From contig NC_043009.1 of NCBI RefSeq assembly GCF_006345805.1, positions 55,118,001 through 55,182,000 of the forward strand: DNA of 64,000 nucleotides. The letters are read 5' to 3'. A program made the position numbers and the translations under genes. Shown here piece by piece: positions 28,002-40,309 of the stretch (positions are counted from its first letter, which is position 1; every line of letters starts with the position of its first letter). The DNA is from Octopus sinensis (taxonomy: Eukaryota). The notes beneath the pieces are model-generated. The model ran no database searches and was not told the origin of the DNA. It saw only the letters and a program-made list of their open reading frames with translations.

Positions 28002-29270
28002 TCAGGTCATCCCATAAGTTCTGTCCAATTTTACCTTTTTTAAAATTGAATGAATTTAATAGTAATTTAGAATGTCTAATGGATTATTTTTATGCATTTG
28101 TGTACATTTAAACTAATTAAATAATATTTTACAGAATAATAGAATTTAAATTTCTTTGATTAAAACCCTTTCTAACATGGAAGTATCCAAAGAGCATTTG
28201 AGGCACATAATGCTTTATGAGTACAAAAAAAGGAAACTCTGCAGCCGAAGTGACTCGAAGCATACACTCAGTTTATGGGAAAGAATGCTCGAATGAAAGA
28301 ACTTGCAGAAGATGGTTTGCAAAATTCAGAAGTAAAGATTTCAGCCTTGAAGATGAAGATCAAACAGGATGTTAAGTTGAGTTTGATGATAAGCTCCTTG
28401 AGGCATTACTTGAAGAAAATCCTGCATTATCAGTTAAAGAATTAGCAATAAACCATAGTTCAAACCATACAACTGTTCATCGTCATCTTCAACAACTTGG
28501 AAAGGTTCCTAAACTTGGAAAATGGGTGCCTCATGAATTGTCTGAAAGCAACCACAAATCCCAAGTTGACATATGCTCTTCCCTCCATTCTCATGAACTC
28601 ATTTCACCCTTTTTGGATAGACTTGTGACTGGTGAAAAAAAATGGATTTTCTATCGAAACCTTAAACATTGTAAACAGTAGCTTGGTAAAAGGGAAAAAG
28701 CTCAACCACAACTGAGAAGGGCACTTCATGGGAAAAAGGTTCTTCTCTCTATCTGGTGGGATTGCAAAGGAGTAATTCACTTTCAATTGTTACCACCTAA
28801 TGCAACAATCAATGCTCAAGTCTACTGTCAGCAATTAGAGTGTTTAAACCAAGCTTTGAAGAAAAAAAAGACCCACTTTAGTGAATTGAAAAGGAGTAAT
28901 GTTTCATCAGAACAATGCGCGACCCCACATTGCAAAGATCACATCACAGAAGATCAAAGAGCTTGGTTGGGAAAAAATTCCTCATCCACCTTATTCTCCT
29001 TCAGACTACCATTTGTTTCATAGTTTACAGAATCATTTGGGGGACATAACTTTTGCAAGCCAGGAGGAGGTCGAAACTGACATTTCAGAGTTCTTCGCTT
29101 TGAAACCAAAAGAGTTTTACATTGATGGGATTAAAAAGCTTGTAAATAGATGGAAGGAAGTCATAGATAATCAGGGAAAGTACATTGATGATTAAATTTC
29201 AATTAAATATAACATTTGATCACTTGTTTTCTTTATTCAAAATTCAGACAGAACTTATGGGATGACCTGA
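28002..29270 (+). mobile_element. Full-length but inactivated mariner (DD34D-type) transposon
   Basis: TIRs TCAGGTCATCCCATAAGTTCTGTC (24 bp identical) with TA on both sides; 1269 bp. Degraded transposase from ATG 28177 to TAA 29195 with KWVPHEL, LVTG-EKKW, FHQNNARPH and PYSP-SDYHLF motifs; frameshifts and stops present. Confidence 0.93.
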
Positions 29271-29804
29271 TATATACAAACTATGTCATTTTAATCCCGA
29301 GCAATGCCAGGTATCTCTGCTAGTATATATATATATAGGTGGGTGGGTGCAGATATGGCTGCATATGGAGTGAAGAAGTTTGCTTCACAACTACATGACC
29401 CCACATTTGATCCTTTGAATTAATATCTCTACCAGCTCACTATTCACCTTCAGAAGAAGCAGTAATGCTTTGTTTTGTAATAGACAGCCCAGATTGAGCA
29501 GACCTATCAAAGCTGTTCTACTAGTGACCATCCTGTCCTTTTGCAGGTTAGGGAATACATTATCTGGCCTAACAACCCTTTCTTTTTTAAGATGAAATAT
29601 GATTTGACAGAGATTAGTTACTAGTTATAGCAGATAAAGTAACAGCATAAAGACTCAGTTGTCAGCTTTGTTTGCTAATACTTAACAAAAGGAAACTTCA
29701 AGGAGCGATTCCCAATCCGATAAAGTTAACAAAAAAGAAAAACATGACATAGGATAGAACAATCATCATAAGTGTAATATAATAAATGAAAAATATTTAG
29801 AAAC

Positions 29805-30057
29805 CTTGGTAATCTTCAAACAAAGCTCCAAAATCAAACTTCAGCGCTTCGGTAGTTTCTTGAGCAATTTTTTCTTCCATTTCTGATTTCTCTTTAGCTT
29901 CCTTCAGCAGATCAGCAAGCTGTGGTGAATCACCTCTCTCGAATAACATTTTGGTTTTATCCCTGATTCCTACTGGGTCATGTTCATTGATTGCATCAAA
30001 TGTTTTCCTCCCTAAACTTTCTAACACATCAAGGCTTCCTGTAACAATGTTTTTACT
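29805..30057 (-). CDS. FAM114A2: FAM114A-family coding exon 5
   Basis: SKNIVTGSLDVLESLGRKTFDAINEHDPVG...QLADLLKEAKEK...FGALFEDYQ(G): conserved FAM114 core. Confidence 0.93.
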
Positions 30058-30639
30058 CTGGAACAACAAAACAAACAGCCAATAAGAGTTTTAAAAAGTA
30101 CACAAAGCAAAGCAACTTGAGTATCCTAAATGTGATTTAATCTTTTTCACACAAACCCATCCAAGACACCCTACTGTTTCCATGTTACTAATCTGCTCAT
30201 ATTTAGATATTCGAATTTAGATTGCAATCACAAAAATAATTTTATTATTTTGTCATTGTATTTGGTTTTACATTCTTGATGTGAACTCATGTTGAAACAG
30301 ATTTTGTCATATCTTGGATCATCATAATGACAATAATAAACACAAACACTGGTTCTATTTCAATTCTTTATCTTTTTTTTTTGTATTTGTCAACTGATTA
30401 GCCATTTAACCAATTAACTAATTAACTGTTTGATTACTTGTTCAATTAATCAAATGCTAGATTTCAGTAGGTAAAATTTCCATAGTAAATTTATGTAAGA
30501 ACATTTCATTATTCTTAGATGTGTAGACTGTATTCCAAACAGTCTACACAAGTAACTAAAACATCATGTAAAGATGCAACATGCATTTAAAGCATCAAAG
30601 TTACCACAAATACTAAATGTCACAAACCCTGATGTCTAA

Positions 30640-31130
30640 TAACAACCCCTACATATATATCAATGCCATAACTAAATCCAAAAGCCCTGATCAGTTGATG
30701 ACCATCCACAAAACTCAAATAAAACCTATACTGGAATACTATTTATGTATATGGGCCAGTGCTGCTGCTAAAGTACATACAAACATCCTAGACTTTAAAA
30801 GAATACAGATTGATTAGTAAAGACTCACTCACAACCCAAACAACCACAATTTCATAAATACGCCGTTTCTTCTCTCTTCCTTATGTATAGTTCCTGCATC
30901 AGTCTTTCAACTAGCTAGTTTCATATTTTCTTCTACCCAGGCCCACCCAATATAACTGTCTCCCCTCTTGTTACACCTACCATGTCCTTACATCCAACCA
31001 CCACCACCAGATCCCACATTAAACTCTTAATCCTTCCCCTGCAGACCTTGATCCCTCTAGAGTTCCCTTCCTAACTACATCAACCAATAGTTTGACCCTC
31101 AGCTACACTAGTCTCAGTCAGAAGGGCCTG
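30640..31130 (+). mobile_element. Degraded non-LTR retrotransposon (CR1/L2/Jockey-like) RT C-terminal fragment
   Basis: HKTQIKPILEYYLCIWASAAA resembles the YK.QIRP.LEYCS..W motif; broken frame downstream. Confidence 0.5.
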
Positions 31131-31279
31131 TGCAAGTCATAGATACAGACTAACCCTTATAAAGAAAGCAAAAACACTTTTCTCTTTGAATGACAATGGA
31201 GGAAACTAATAAAATCAAGTTCTTCTATTGAGATTTTACAATGAGCTACTTTGCTAAATGAATACAATTTTTCGCTTAC

Positions 31280-31440
31280 CTTTTCTTGAACTGCCCCAGT
31301 AATCTTGGACACTCCCCAACCAGACAGCCAACCACCGATACCATGATTCTCTGATTTTGACCCTTCTCCTTCCTCACCTTCTCTAACATCAGGGTGTTCT
31401 TCAGGAGGCAAAGTTTCGGTTTTGTCTTCTGGTTTCTTTC
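31280..31440 (-). CDS. FAM114A2: FAM114A-family coding exon 4
   Basis: gtgaacag|...|gtaagc; KKPEDKTETLPPEEHPDVRE...GIGGWLSGWGVSKITGAVQEK; phases consistent with both neighbours. Confidence 0.88.
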
Positions 31441-32231
31441 CTGTTCACAAACATGAAACAAATGAAACAAACAAAATTACAAAATTTACCAAAAAAACCA
31501 AAACAAGTGACATTATTTAATGAACAGAAAGTACAAACTAAGTACAAAGAAAAGCAAAAACATATATTTATATAAATTATATGCAAAATACATAAATTTA
31601 TAATAAAATTAATATATCTTTATCTTTTACTTGCTTCAGTCATTGGACTGTGTCATGCTGGGGCATAGCCTTGACGGTTTTAGTAGAGCAAATTGACCTG
31701 AGTACTTAATTTTTAGGTTTGATAGTTATTCTATCAGCCTTGTTTACTAAACCACTAAGTTATGGAGGACATAAACAAACCAACACTGGTAGACAAGCGA
31801 TGGGGTGGACAAACACAGACTCATATACACACATATATTGTATATACACATATATGATAACAGTCCCTGTCAACCAAATTTACTCATAAAGCACAAGTCA
31901 GCCCGGGGCTTTGAAAGAAGACATTTGCCCAAGGTGCTGTACAGCGGAATTGAACCCAAAACTACATGGTTGCAAAGCGAGATTCTTAACCACACAGCTA
32001 TGCCTGCACCTATACCCACATACCCATTCAGTTTATGGGAAAAAATATATATAATGATGACTAGATATGGATATATATATATATATCCAGGTGGGTATCA
32101 TGCGAACACTGGTAACTGCATCGAGTAGTAAAAAGCACTTAAGATTAGTTATGGTGAGTAATCCCACTATAATTCATCTGATAGGTTAATTCTGTGTTCA
32201 CTTCACAGGATTATAAATATTTTGGGGATTT

Positions 32232-32263
<32 letters not shown>

Positions 32264-34867
32264 CCTGAATTCATAGGCTCGTTATTTATAAATCTAAATT
32301 TTTTTTCTGATATTTAAATAGCTACATATGTAAATTTTAAAAAGTTATTTAGTTTACATGTCCCAAAATACAAGTAGTTTAACAAACATCAAATCTGATA
32401 TTCAACTTGGAAGGATCTTATAAGCAGTAGTTTAGACTATTCAGCATCCACGTAAATGGTGTAATTATATTTTATAAAAATTACGAAGTTATCAAAACAA
32501 GACTTCCTCTCTGAAATATTCTCTTCTCTAATTGACTATAATTTATACTTTTGTCAGAAACGATGTCTCTCAAAGACAATGATGGCTTAAAATTTTTACA
32601 CAAGGCCAGTATGTTTGGATGAGGAGGATAAGTCAATTACATTGAGCCCCAAAATTCAGCTGACACTTATTTTATTGACCCCTTGAAGGGATAAAAGGAA
32701 AAGTCGACCTTGGCAAAATTTGAACATTTGAATGGACAAAATGCTACTAAGCATTTTATCCGGCATGCTAACGATTCTGCCAGCTTGCCATCCTCTGCTA
32801 ACTGGCCACCAATAATATCTGGCGATACTACTCCAGATCTCTTATCTTTTACTTGTTTCAGTCATTAGATTAGTCATGTTAGAGAATTGTTTTGAAGGGA
32901 TTGCTTGAACAAATTAATCTCATACTTATATTTTAAGTCTGGTGCTTATTCTGTTAGTCTCTTTTGCCAAACTGCTAAGTTACAAACACATAGACTAACC
33001 AACAATGATTGTCAAGCAATAGTTGGGGAACAAACAAAAATACACACATGTGTGTGTGTATATATATATATATACACACATATATATATTGTATAAAGGA
33101 TCGTGGGTATATATATATACACACACACAACAGGTTTCCCTACAGTTTCCATCTACTAAATTCACTCACAAGGCACTTGTCTGACTAGGGCTACAGCAGA
33201 GGACACTTAACCAAGGTGCAGCACAATAGGACTGAACCCAAAACGACATGATTGCAAATCAAGGTTCTTGACCAGATAACAGAATACTACCCTCATTGTT
33301 TTTTAATAATTCAGTCTAAGGAGGAAGAGCTGTGACTGTGACCTAGCCTGAAAGTAGCATCAGAGTGGACACAGTTAAAGGCACCCCAAGTGTATATCTT
33401 TGTTTGCTCTTCAAGTACAAGCAGAACTAAGAAGATTCTTTTGGAATTCTCAGCTATAGTCTTTTGCTTGAAGAAACCTGGCAGACACCAGTATCAGTCG
33501 ATTAAATCAATCGTAGTCCTACTGTGGCACCTTATGTTATCAACCATGGACTGAGGAAGGGAAAATTCCTCCTCAGTGCAATTTGAACTTAGAATGTAAA
33601 GGGTAATAACTAAGTACTGCCCACCCACTTCTAAATTAGTCAGAAAGAGGTTATTGGATCCAGCTATTTTGATGCTGACAATTTGATACAGTAGACTGGA
33701 TGTTCAATCTGCTTTGGTGACAGTACTTTTTAGCATTGAAGACATGCACACAGAAATATACAGATAGAGTGAGAGAGAGACATCATCATCATCATCATCG
33801 TTTAACGTCCGTTCTCCATGCTAGCATGGGTTGGACGGTTCGACCGGGGATCTGGGAAGCCAGAAGGCTGCACCAGGCTCCAATCTAATCTGGCAGTGTT
33901 TCTACAGCTGGATGCCCTTCCTAACGCCAACCACTCCGTGAGTGTAGTGGGTGCTTTTTACGTGCCACCTGCACAGGTGCCAGGCGAGGCTGACAACGAC
34001 CACGGTCGGATTGGTGCATTTTACGTGCCACCGGCACGGAAGCCAGTTGAGGCGGCACTGGCATCGGCCACGATTCGGATGGTGCTTTTTACGTAACACC
34101 GGCACGGAAGCCAGTCGAGGCAAAATTTATTAATTGAACACGATTGGCAAACACTTTTCCTCTCCTCATATGCATAGAGAGAAATATGCTCACACACATA
34201 AACAGGGAGAGCGACAGACAGAAATGGAGAGGAAGAGAATGAGAGAAACATTAAAACATTTGATGTTAAATAAACAAGCATCAAATCAGCAATACCAAAT
34301 AAATGGCGTCAAAACTGCTGTACCAATACATCTCATACCCAAAATTGGCGTGGGCTGCTTCGTAAACACATTACAAAAGTTATGATACAGTTTGAACAAT
34401 GATATTGAACATTTAACTTATTGATTTTTGTTGGTGTCTGCAAGACAATGTAAAAACTCTAGAGCTGAAGGTTAGATGCATCTGTTGAGGAACTGAGGCA
34501 GTCAGGGCAATGGAAGAACCATTCTAATATAACTGGATGTGTTTTCTGAGAGAGAAAGTCAGTCAGCAGAGGAAATTAGAGCCAAACCAACAAACAGTAA
34601 GAAACACAAAGAGAGAGAGGAAGAGACTTACAAGAGAGACAGAGAAAGACAGTATAGAGATAAACAGACACACAATTAGATAGTGAGAGGCAGAAAGACA
34701 GACAGGCAGGCAGAAATAGAGATAGACAGACATACAGACAGACATAAAGAGACAGAGAAAAATAGTTAGATAGTCAAAAAGAAAGTGATTGAAAAAGACA
34801 AACGACAAAAATGATAGCAATAATTACTACTAATGATTCATCTCTCTCCTACCATTTCTTTCCTTAC

Positions 34868-34990
34868 CTTCTTTCTCTTTGGCTTCAGGTAGATTTTCCA
34901 TTTCTTTTGCTTCTTTGGCCATTTCTTCAGGTGAAGGTACACTAGTCAAACCAGTCTCCACAGTATCGATAATGGTATTAACACCATCAC
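34868..34990 (-). CDS. FAM114A2: FAM114A-family coding exon 3 (123 nt, phase 1-1)
   Basis: tttcag|...|gtaagg; (G)DGVNTIIDTVETGLTSVPSPEEMAKEAKEMENLPEAKEKE(G), similar to the family ETSLGIPSPSE segment. Confidence 0.9.
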
Positions 34991-35022
34991 CTGAAAGTAA
35001 AGTCACTCTTTGTATTATATAT

Positions 35023-35310
35023 TCACAATGTATGGAAGGCTAGCAGTGCCTAAATCACAAAGTATGGAGAGCTAGCAGTGCCAAAATCACAAAGTAGGGA
35101 AAGCTAGCAGTGCCAAAATCACAAAGTATGGAAAGCTAGCAGTGCCAAAATCACAAAGTATGGAAAGCTAGCAGTGCCAAAATCACAAAGTAGGGAAAGC
35201 TAGCAGTGCCAAAATCACAAAGTATGGAAAGCTAGCAGTGCCAAAATCACAAAGTATGGAAAGCTAGCAATGCCAAAATCACAAAGTATGGAAAGCTAGC
35301 AATGCCAAAG
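35023..35310 (+). repeat. 32-bp minisatellite (GCTAGCAGTGCCAAAATCACAAAGTATGGAAA)x~9
   Basis: Unit starts at 35039, 35071, 35103 ... 35295; inverted copy of ~6.5 units at ~38585-38792. Confidence 0.95.
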
Positions 35311-35864
35311 ATTTATGTGGATGCTTATAGAATAGGCCACACAAATACAACTTTAACTCTTGAACATTCAGATTTCTTTGTCAAATGTAAACCTTATTTA
35401 TTCACATTGTTTTGAATTAATCATGCATTATCTCATTGCTTCACAATTTCTATGATGTGGTTGTTTATTTTTAGAATGACCTTGTAGGGTAGGTGTGAGA
35501 CATTGGATCTGCTCAGTTTTAACATAAAACCAGGAGAATATCTGGACCAGAAATGGCTGGATTAAATGCTAGAGTTAAGCCCACTTTCACTATCAAAGCA
35601 GGGATTAGCCTAGGGGTCTCATGACTAAATGTTTTAGGGGACTATCTATCTTTTATCCTTTTCTTGTTTCAGTCATTGCAATGGCAAGGAGCAAGTGCTG
35701 TAATGCATTAAGTAAAACAAGTCGAAGAGACTCAGGTTATATTTTTCATCATTTCTATTTTACTTAATCTATTAATGCTCTTGAGAAAGACAGAAACATG
35801 ATTACACATTCATAGTTACCTCTGATCACTATATTTCAATTAATTGAATATGTCTATTATATAA

Positions 35865-35923
<59 letters not shown>

Positions 35924-36122
35924 ACTTAATGTACACAGGATGAAGATACAAGCTACTAAGTTTCTTGCTTTGAAGACGGGAGTCTAGGTGGGTTTTCATA
36001 ACACACCTAGTGTATCCAAGCAATCTTTAGACTGAGCACATGATTTATTCAAATTGAAAATCAGGATACTAGTACAAGTAAGATGACAAGCAAAAACAAG
36101 AAGGTAGATGCAAAAAGAAATC

Positions 36123-36159
<37 letters not shown>

Positions 36160-36260
36160 TATTGTTGTATTTAGGAATGGTCATTTTGCCAGTTTAGCCA
36201 ATATCTGTTTCAACACACGGTTTCACATCAAAAATCTTGCAAAACAAATATATAAACGTG

Positions 36261-36300
<40 letters not shown>

Positions 36301-36529
36301 TCATTTAACATCCGCTTTCCATGCTAGCATGGGTTGGACGGTTCAACTGGGGTCTGGGAAGCCCGAAGGCTGCACCAGGCCAGTCAGATCTGGCAGTGTT
36401 TCTACAGCTGGATGCCCTTCCTAACGCCAACCACTCCGTGAGTGTAGTGAGTGCTTTTTATGTGCCACCGACACAGGTGCCAGACGAGGCTGGTGAACGG
36501 CCACGATCGGATGGTCTTTGTTACGTATA

Positions 36530-36725
36530 TTTGTATGTGTGTATGTATGTATATATATATATATATATGTATTTGTGTGTGTATATGTATATATATATAT
36601 ATATATATGTATGTGTATGTGTATATGTATATATGTATATGTATGTGTATATGTATATATATATATGTATATGTGTGTGTATATGTATATATATATATAT
36701 ATGTATATGTGTGTGTATATGTGTG

Positions 36726-36756
<31 letters not shown>

Positions 36757-36786
36757 CACAAGCCTTTTCTCTCTAATTCACATGTA

Positions 36787-36832
<46 letters not shown>
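36530..36832. repeat. Compound (TA/TG)n and (CT)n microsatellite; similar tracts at ~13745-13799, 15847-15990, 17090-17260, 35858-35900, 38925-39150 and 53137-53230
   Basis: Directly visible simple repeats; these explain many spurious YI/CV/HT-rich ORFs in the track. Confidence 0.95.
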
Positions 36833-36834
<2 letters not shown>

Positions 36835-38924
36835 TACAAGCTGTGAATTTCCGTTTGCGAACAAGATAGGTGTTTTGAATTGCTATTTTCAACTCTTTAC
36901 TGACCATTCATAATTTTATCAAATTTCTGTCTATCTTTGACCATTCATAATTTTATCAAATTTCTCTATCTGTCTATCTTATCTAATCTTATTCATTTCA
37001 TATCATTTCTCCTCGTATTAATCAACATTCGTATCTTCGCGGTGCACCCGCCCTACCCACCCCCACCACCAATACTGGATATCTATATTTTTGCTCCATC
37101 TATACCGGATGTCGCTTCTCCCACCACCATTATAGGTGTCTACTCTTCGAACCACCCCCCCTCTTCAATACGCTATTTCACCATGCATTACCCCTCTCTC
37201 GATATCCTACGTTCTACTTGCCTAGAACCTGTCATCATTTCTCTGAACCACCCCTCCCCACTGGTGCTTCCCTATATTTCTGCACCCCCCCCCACATAAA
37301 AAGCACCATCCGAACGTGGCCGATGCCAGACCCCTCTGGCACCTGTGCAGGTGGCACGTAAAAAACACCCACTACACTCGCGGAGTGGTTGGCGTTAGGA
37401 AGGGCATCCAGCTGTAGAAACACTGCCAGACTAGACTGGAGCCTGGGGCAGTCCCGAGCTCCCCAGACCCCGGTCGAAACCGTCCAACCCGTGCTAGCGC
37501 GGAAAACGGACGTTAAACGATGATGATGACATGTATGCATATAATCATGTTCCATGCTTGCATGGGTTGGACAAAAATGTTTTTCAGTGCCTACTGGAAT
37601 CATAATCCAGACACATCATAAATTGTGCAGACATGCTAAACACTAAGGCAATTGTCATTTTATTCATTCTTTCACTCATTCATCCATTCATACATACATG
37701 TTTTGTGCGTGTGTGTGTAATTGCACACACAATTACGGAGAAAGAGAGTGAGAAATGGTAAAGTGTAATGCATAAATGAAAATCAGAAGAATTCCTTTTT
37801 TTCTTTGTTGCAGATTGCAGAAGAGATGGAAAAAGAAAGAAAAATGTTTCAGTTACAAGCATGTGAAGTAAGTATCTTTAATGACAGGACGGGCATCTGA
37901 CTGTAAAGCAATGCTTTAGTAATATTTATTCGTCTGACCTTTACTACCACTGCAAAATAGACAATATAATGAACAAAATATCTGAATGAAAATTGTATTT
38001 TTACCATTCAGCTGGTCATTATATTTCTTGACCATCCAACACTGACATCAACAGATCAGCTGTCCTCTATTATAATGACCATCACTACTGGCATTTCAAG
38101 TTTACCAGGTCACTATGTAACTGACCACTAATAACTGATATCTACTTATTGCTAATGTATATGTAATACACCCTTAAAGAGAGAGCCCCAGGATGACCAC
38201 AGTCCAATGACTGAAACAAGAAAAGGATAAAAGATAGATAGTCCCCTAAAACATTTAGTCATGGGACCCCTAGGCTAATCCCTGCTTTGATAGTGGGCTT
38301 AACTCTAGCATTTAATCCAGCCATTTCTGGTCCAGATACTCTCCTGGTTTTATGTTAAAACTGAGCAGATCCAATGTCTCACACCTACCCTACAAGGTCA
38401 TTCTAAAAATAAACAACCACATCATAGAAATTGTGAAGCTATGAGAAAATGCATGATTAATTCAAAACAATGTGAATAAATAAGGTTTACATTTGACAAA
38501 GAAATCTGAATGTTCAAGAGTTAAAGTTGTATTTGTGTGGCCTATTCTATCCATATCAGATACCATAAGCATCCACATAAATCTTTGGCATTGCTAGCTT
38601 TCCATACTTTGTGATTTTGGCATTGCTAGCTTTCCATACTTTGCGATTTTGGCACTGCTAGCTTTCCATACTTTGTGATTTTGGCACTGCAAGCTTTCCA
38701 TATTTTGTGATTTTGGCACTGCTAGCTTTCCATACTTTGTGATTTTGGCACTGCTAGCTTTCCATACTTTCTGTGATTTTGGCATTGCTAGCAGATGAAC
38801 GATTTTGGCATTGTTAGCAGATGAACGTTTAAAGTTGTCTAATTTCTTCTTCTGTTTGTTCGCAGTATCTAATAAAAGTCAATGAAATCCGCACAAAGAA
38901 ATGAGTCGATCTACTACAACATAC

Positions 38925-38958
<34 letters not shown>

Positions 38959-39077
38959 TATATATATATGTATATATATATATGTATGTATATATAATTA
39001 TATCAAATGGTGCAGATACACCTCACCAACACGCTAGAAACAGATGCCAAATGGATCTGTGGTTTTATTCCTAATTT

Positions 39078-39149
<72 letters not shown>

Positions 39150-39152
<3 letters not shown>

Positions 39153-39420
39153 CAATTTAGCTAGACGTGAAATAACCACCTAAGGGATATTAAATATCTG
39201 AAGAATTTACTGGTTTTTTTTACCTATATCAATAACAATTATATTTAAACGATATTTTATTATTGAGGAAAAACTCAATAATAAATTAAGTGGAAACAGC
39301 AGTAATTTATGAGATGTGTCATTTGTTTGTATAAAATAATTCAAGTGAATTGAATTTATCATCTAATGAGTAAATTATTTAATTGTTCAATTTATTGTTT
39401 TGGTTTCCATTTCTAATTTA
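39150..39420 (+). mobile_element. Penelope-like repeat fragment with degenerate hammerhead core
   Basis: Flanked by (TA)n on both sides; CTGAAGA at 39198-39204, perfect 12-bp hairpin 39256-39285, GAAA-CAGCAG-TA at 39293-39304. The stem II closing pair is mismatched. Confidence 0.4.
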
Positions 39421-39646
39421 TATATATATATATACTTTTACTTGTTTCAGTGATTTAACTGCGGCCATGCTGGAGTAGCACCTTAAAGCGTTTTAGTTGA
39501 ACAAATTGACCCCAGGACTTATGCTTCGTAAGCCTAGTACTTACTTTATTGGTCTCTTTTGCCAGACCACTAAGTTACAGGGACATAAATGCACCAACAT
39601 TGGTTGTCAAGCGATGGTGGGGGTACAAACAGACACAAACACACAA

Positions 39647-39686
<40 letters not shown>

Positions 39687-40070
39687 GCCTTTTTCAGTTT
39701 CTGTCTACCAAATCCATTCACAAGGCCCTAGGCTATAGCAGAAGACATCTACCCAAGGTGCCACACAGTGGGACTGAACCCAGAACCATGTGGTTGGAAA
39801 GCAGGCTTCTTACCACATAGCCATACTTGCACCTATATATATATATATATATATATATATAGATGAGATTTCTTCCATCCATGGAAAAGTTACAAGTATG
39901 TTGTTATAATGGGGTGGTAGATTTTGTTGAAAGAGATAAAGGAGAGAAAAAAAGAAAGAATCAGAAAAAAATGGAAAAAAAAAAAGAGAAATAAACAAGA
40001 AAGAAATAGAGAGATAAGGAGGAGAGAGAGAGAGCATGTACAGGATTTAAGTCTTGGTTGAAACACTTAC

Positions 40071-40155
40071 CTATCTGAGACGTAAATGTGGAAACAGATG
40101 AAGCTGCTGCCCCAATGAAAGATGATCCCCAGCTTCCCCATCCCCAGCTTGATGT
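40071..40155 (-). CDS. FAM114A2: FAM114A-family coding exon 2
   Basis: ttctgcttttag|...|gtaagt; TSSWGWGSWGSSFIGAAASSVSTFTSQI(G) contains the family WG.WG motif. Confidence 0.9.
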
Positions 40156-40278
40156 CTAAAAGCAGAAGAAATGAAAATTAAAAAAAAAACAATATATATA
40201 CATCCACCTACACCCACTATATACAACATACATACATATATACATACAAAACTGTGTTACAGAAAGCAATGTACTTGA

Positions 40279-40309
<31 letters not shown>

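Larger units (their letters stand above)
35023..38792. repeat. Long inverted duplication: arms ~35023-35678 and ~38205-38792, spacer ~2.5 kb
   Basis: The right arm is the reverse complement of the left across the 32-bp array, unique sequence, a TTAA MITE and a SINE tail; by eye about four substitutions plus 16-nt and 5-nt indels outside the array. Confidence 0.92.

Noticed and set aside
33550-33578. CTGAGGA-AGG...CCT hairpin as a hammerhead
   Set aside because: No GAAA after stem II and no UH site; a simple hairpin.
35039-35310. 32-bp repeats as a CRISPR array
   Set aside because: Units are contiguous with no unique spacers, there are no cas genes, and the context is a eukaryotic intron.
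36402-36846. Cluster of 110-150 aa ORFs (YIYI/CVCV/HTHT)
   Set aside because: Translations of microsatellites and SINE tails; the same applies near 17033-17340, 13536-13859 and 22664-22974.
38594-38785. Repetitive ORF MPKSQKVWKASSAKITKYGKLA...
   Set aside because: By-product of the 32-bp array cycling through frames; no splice or start context.
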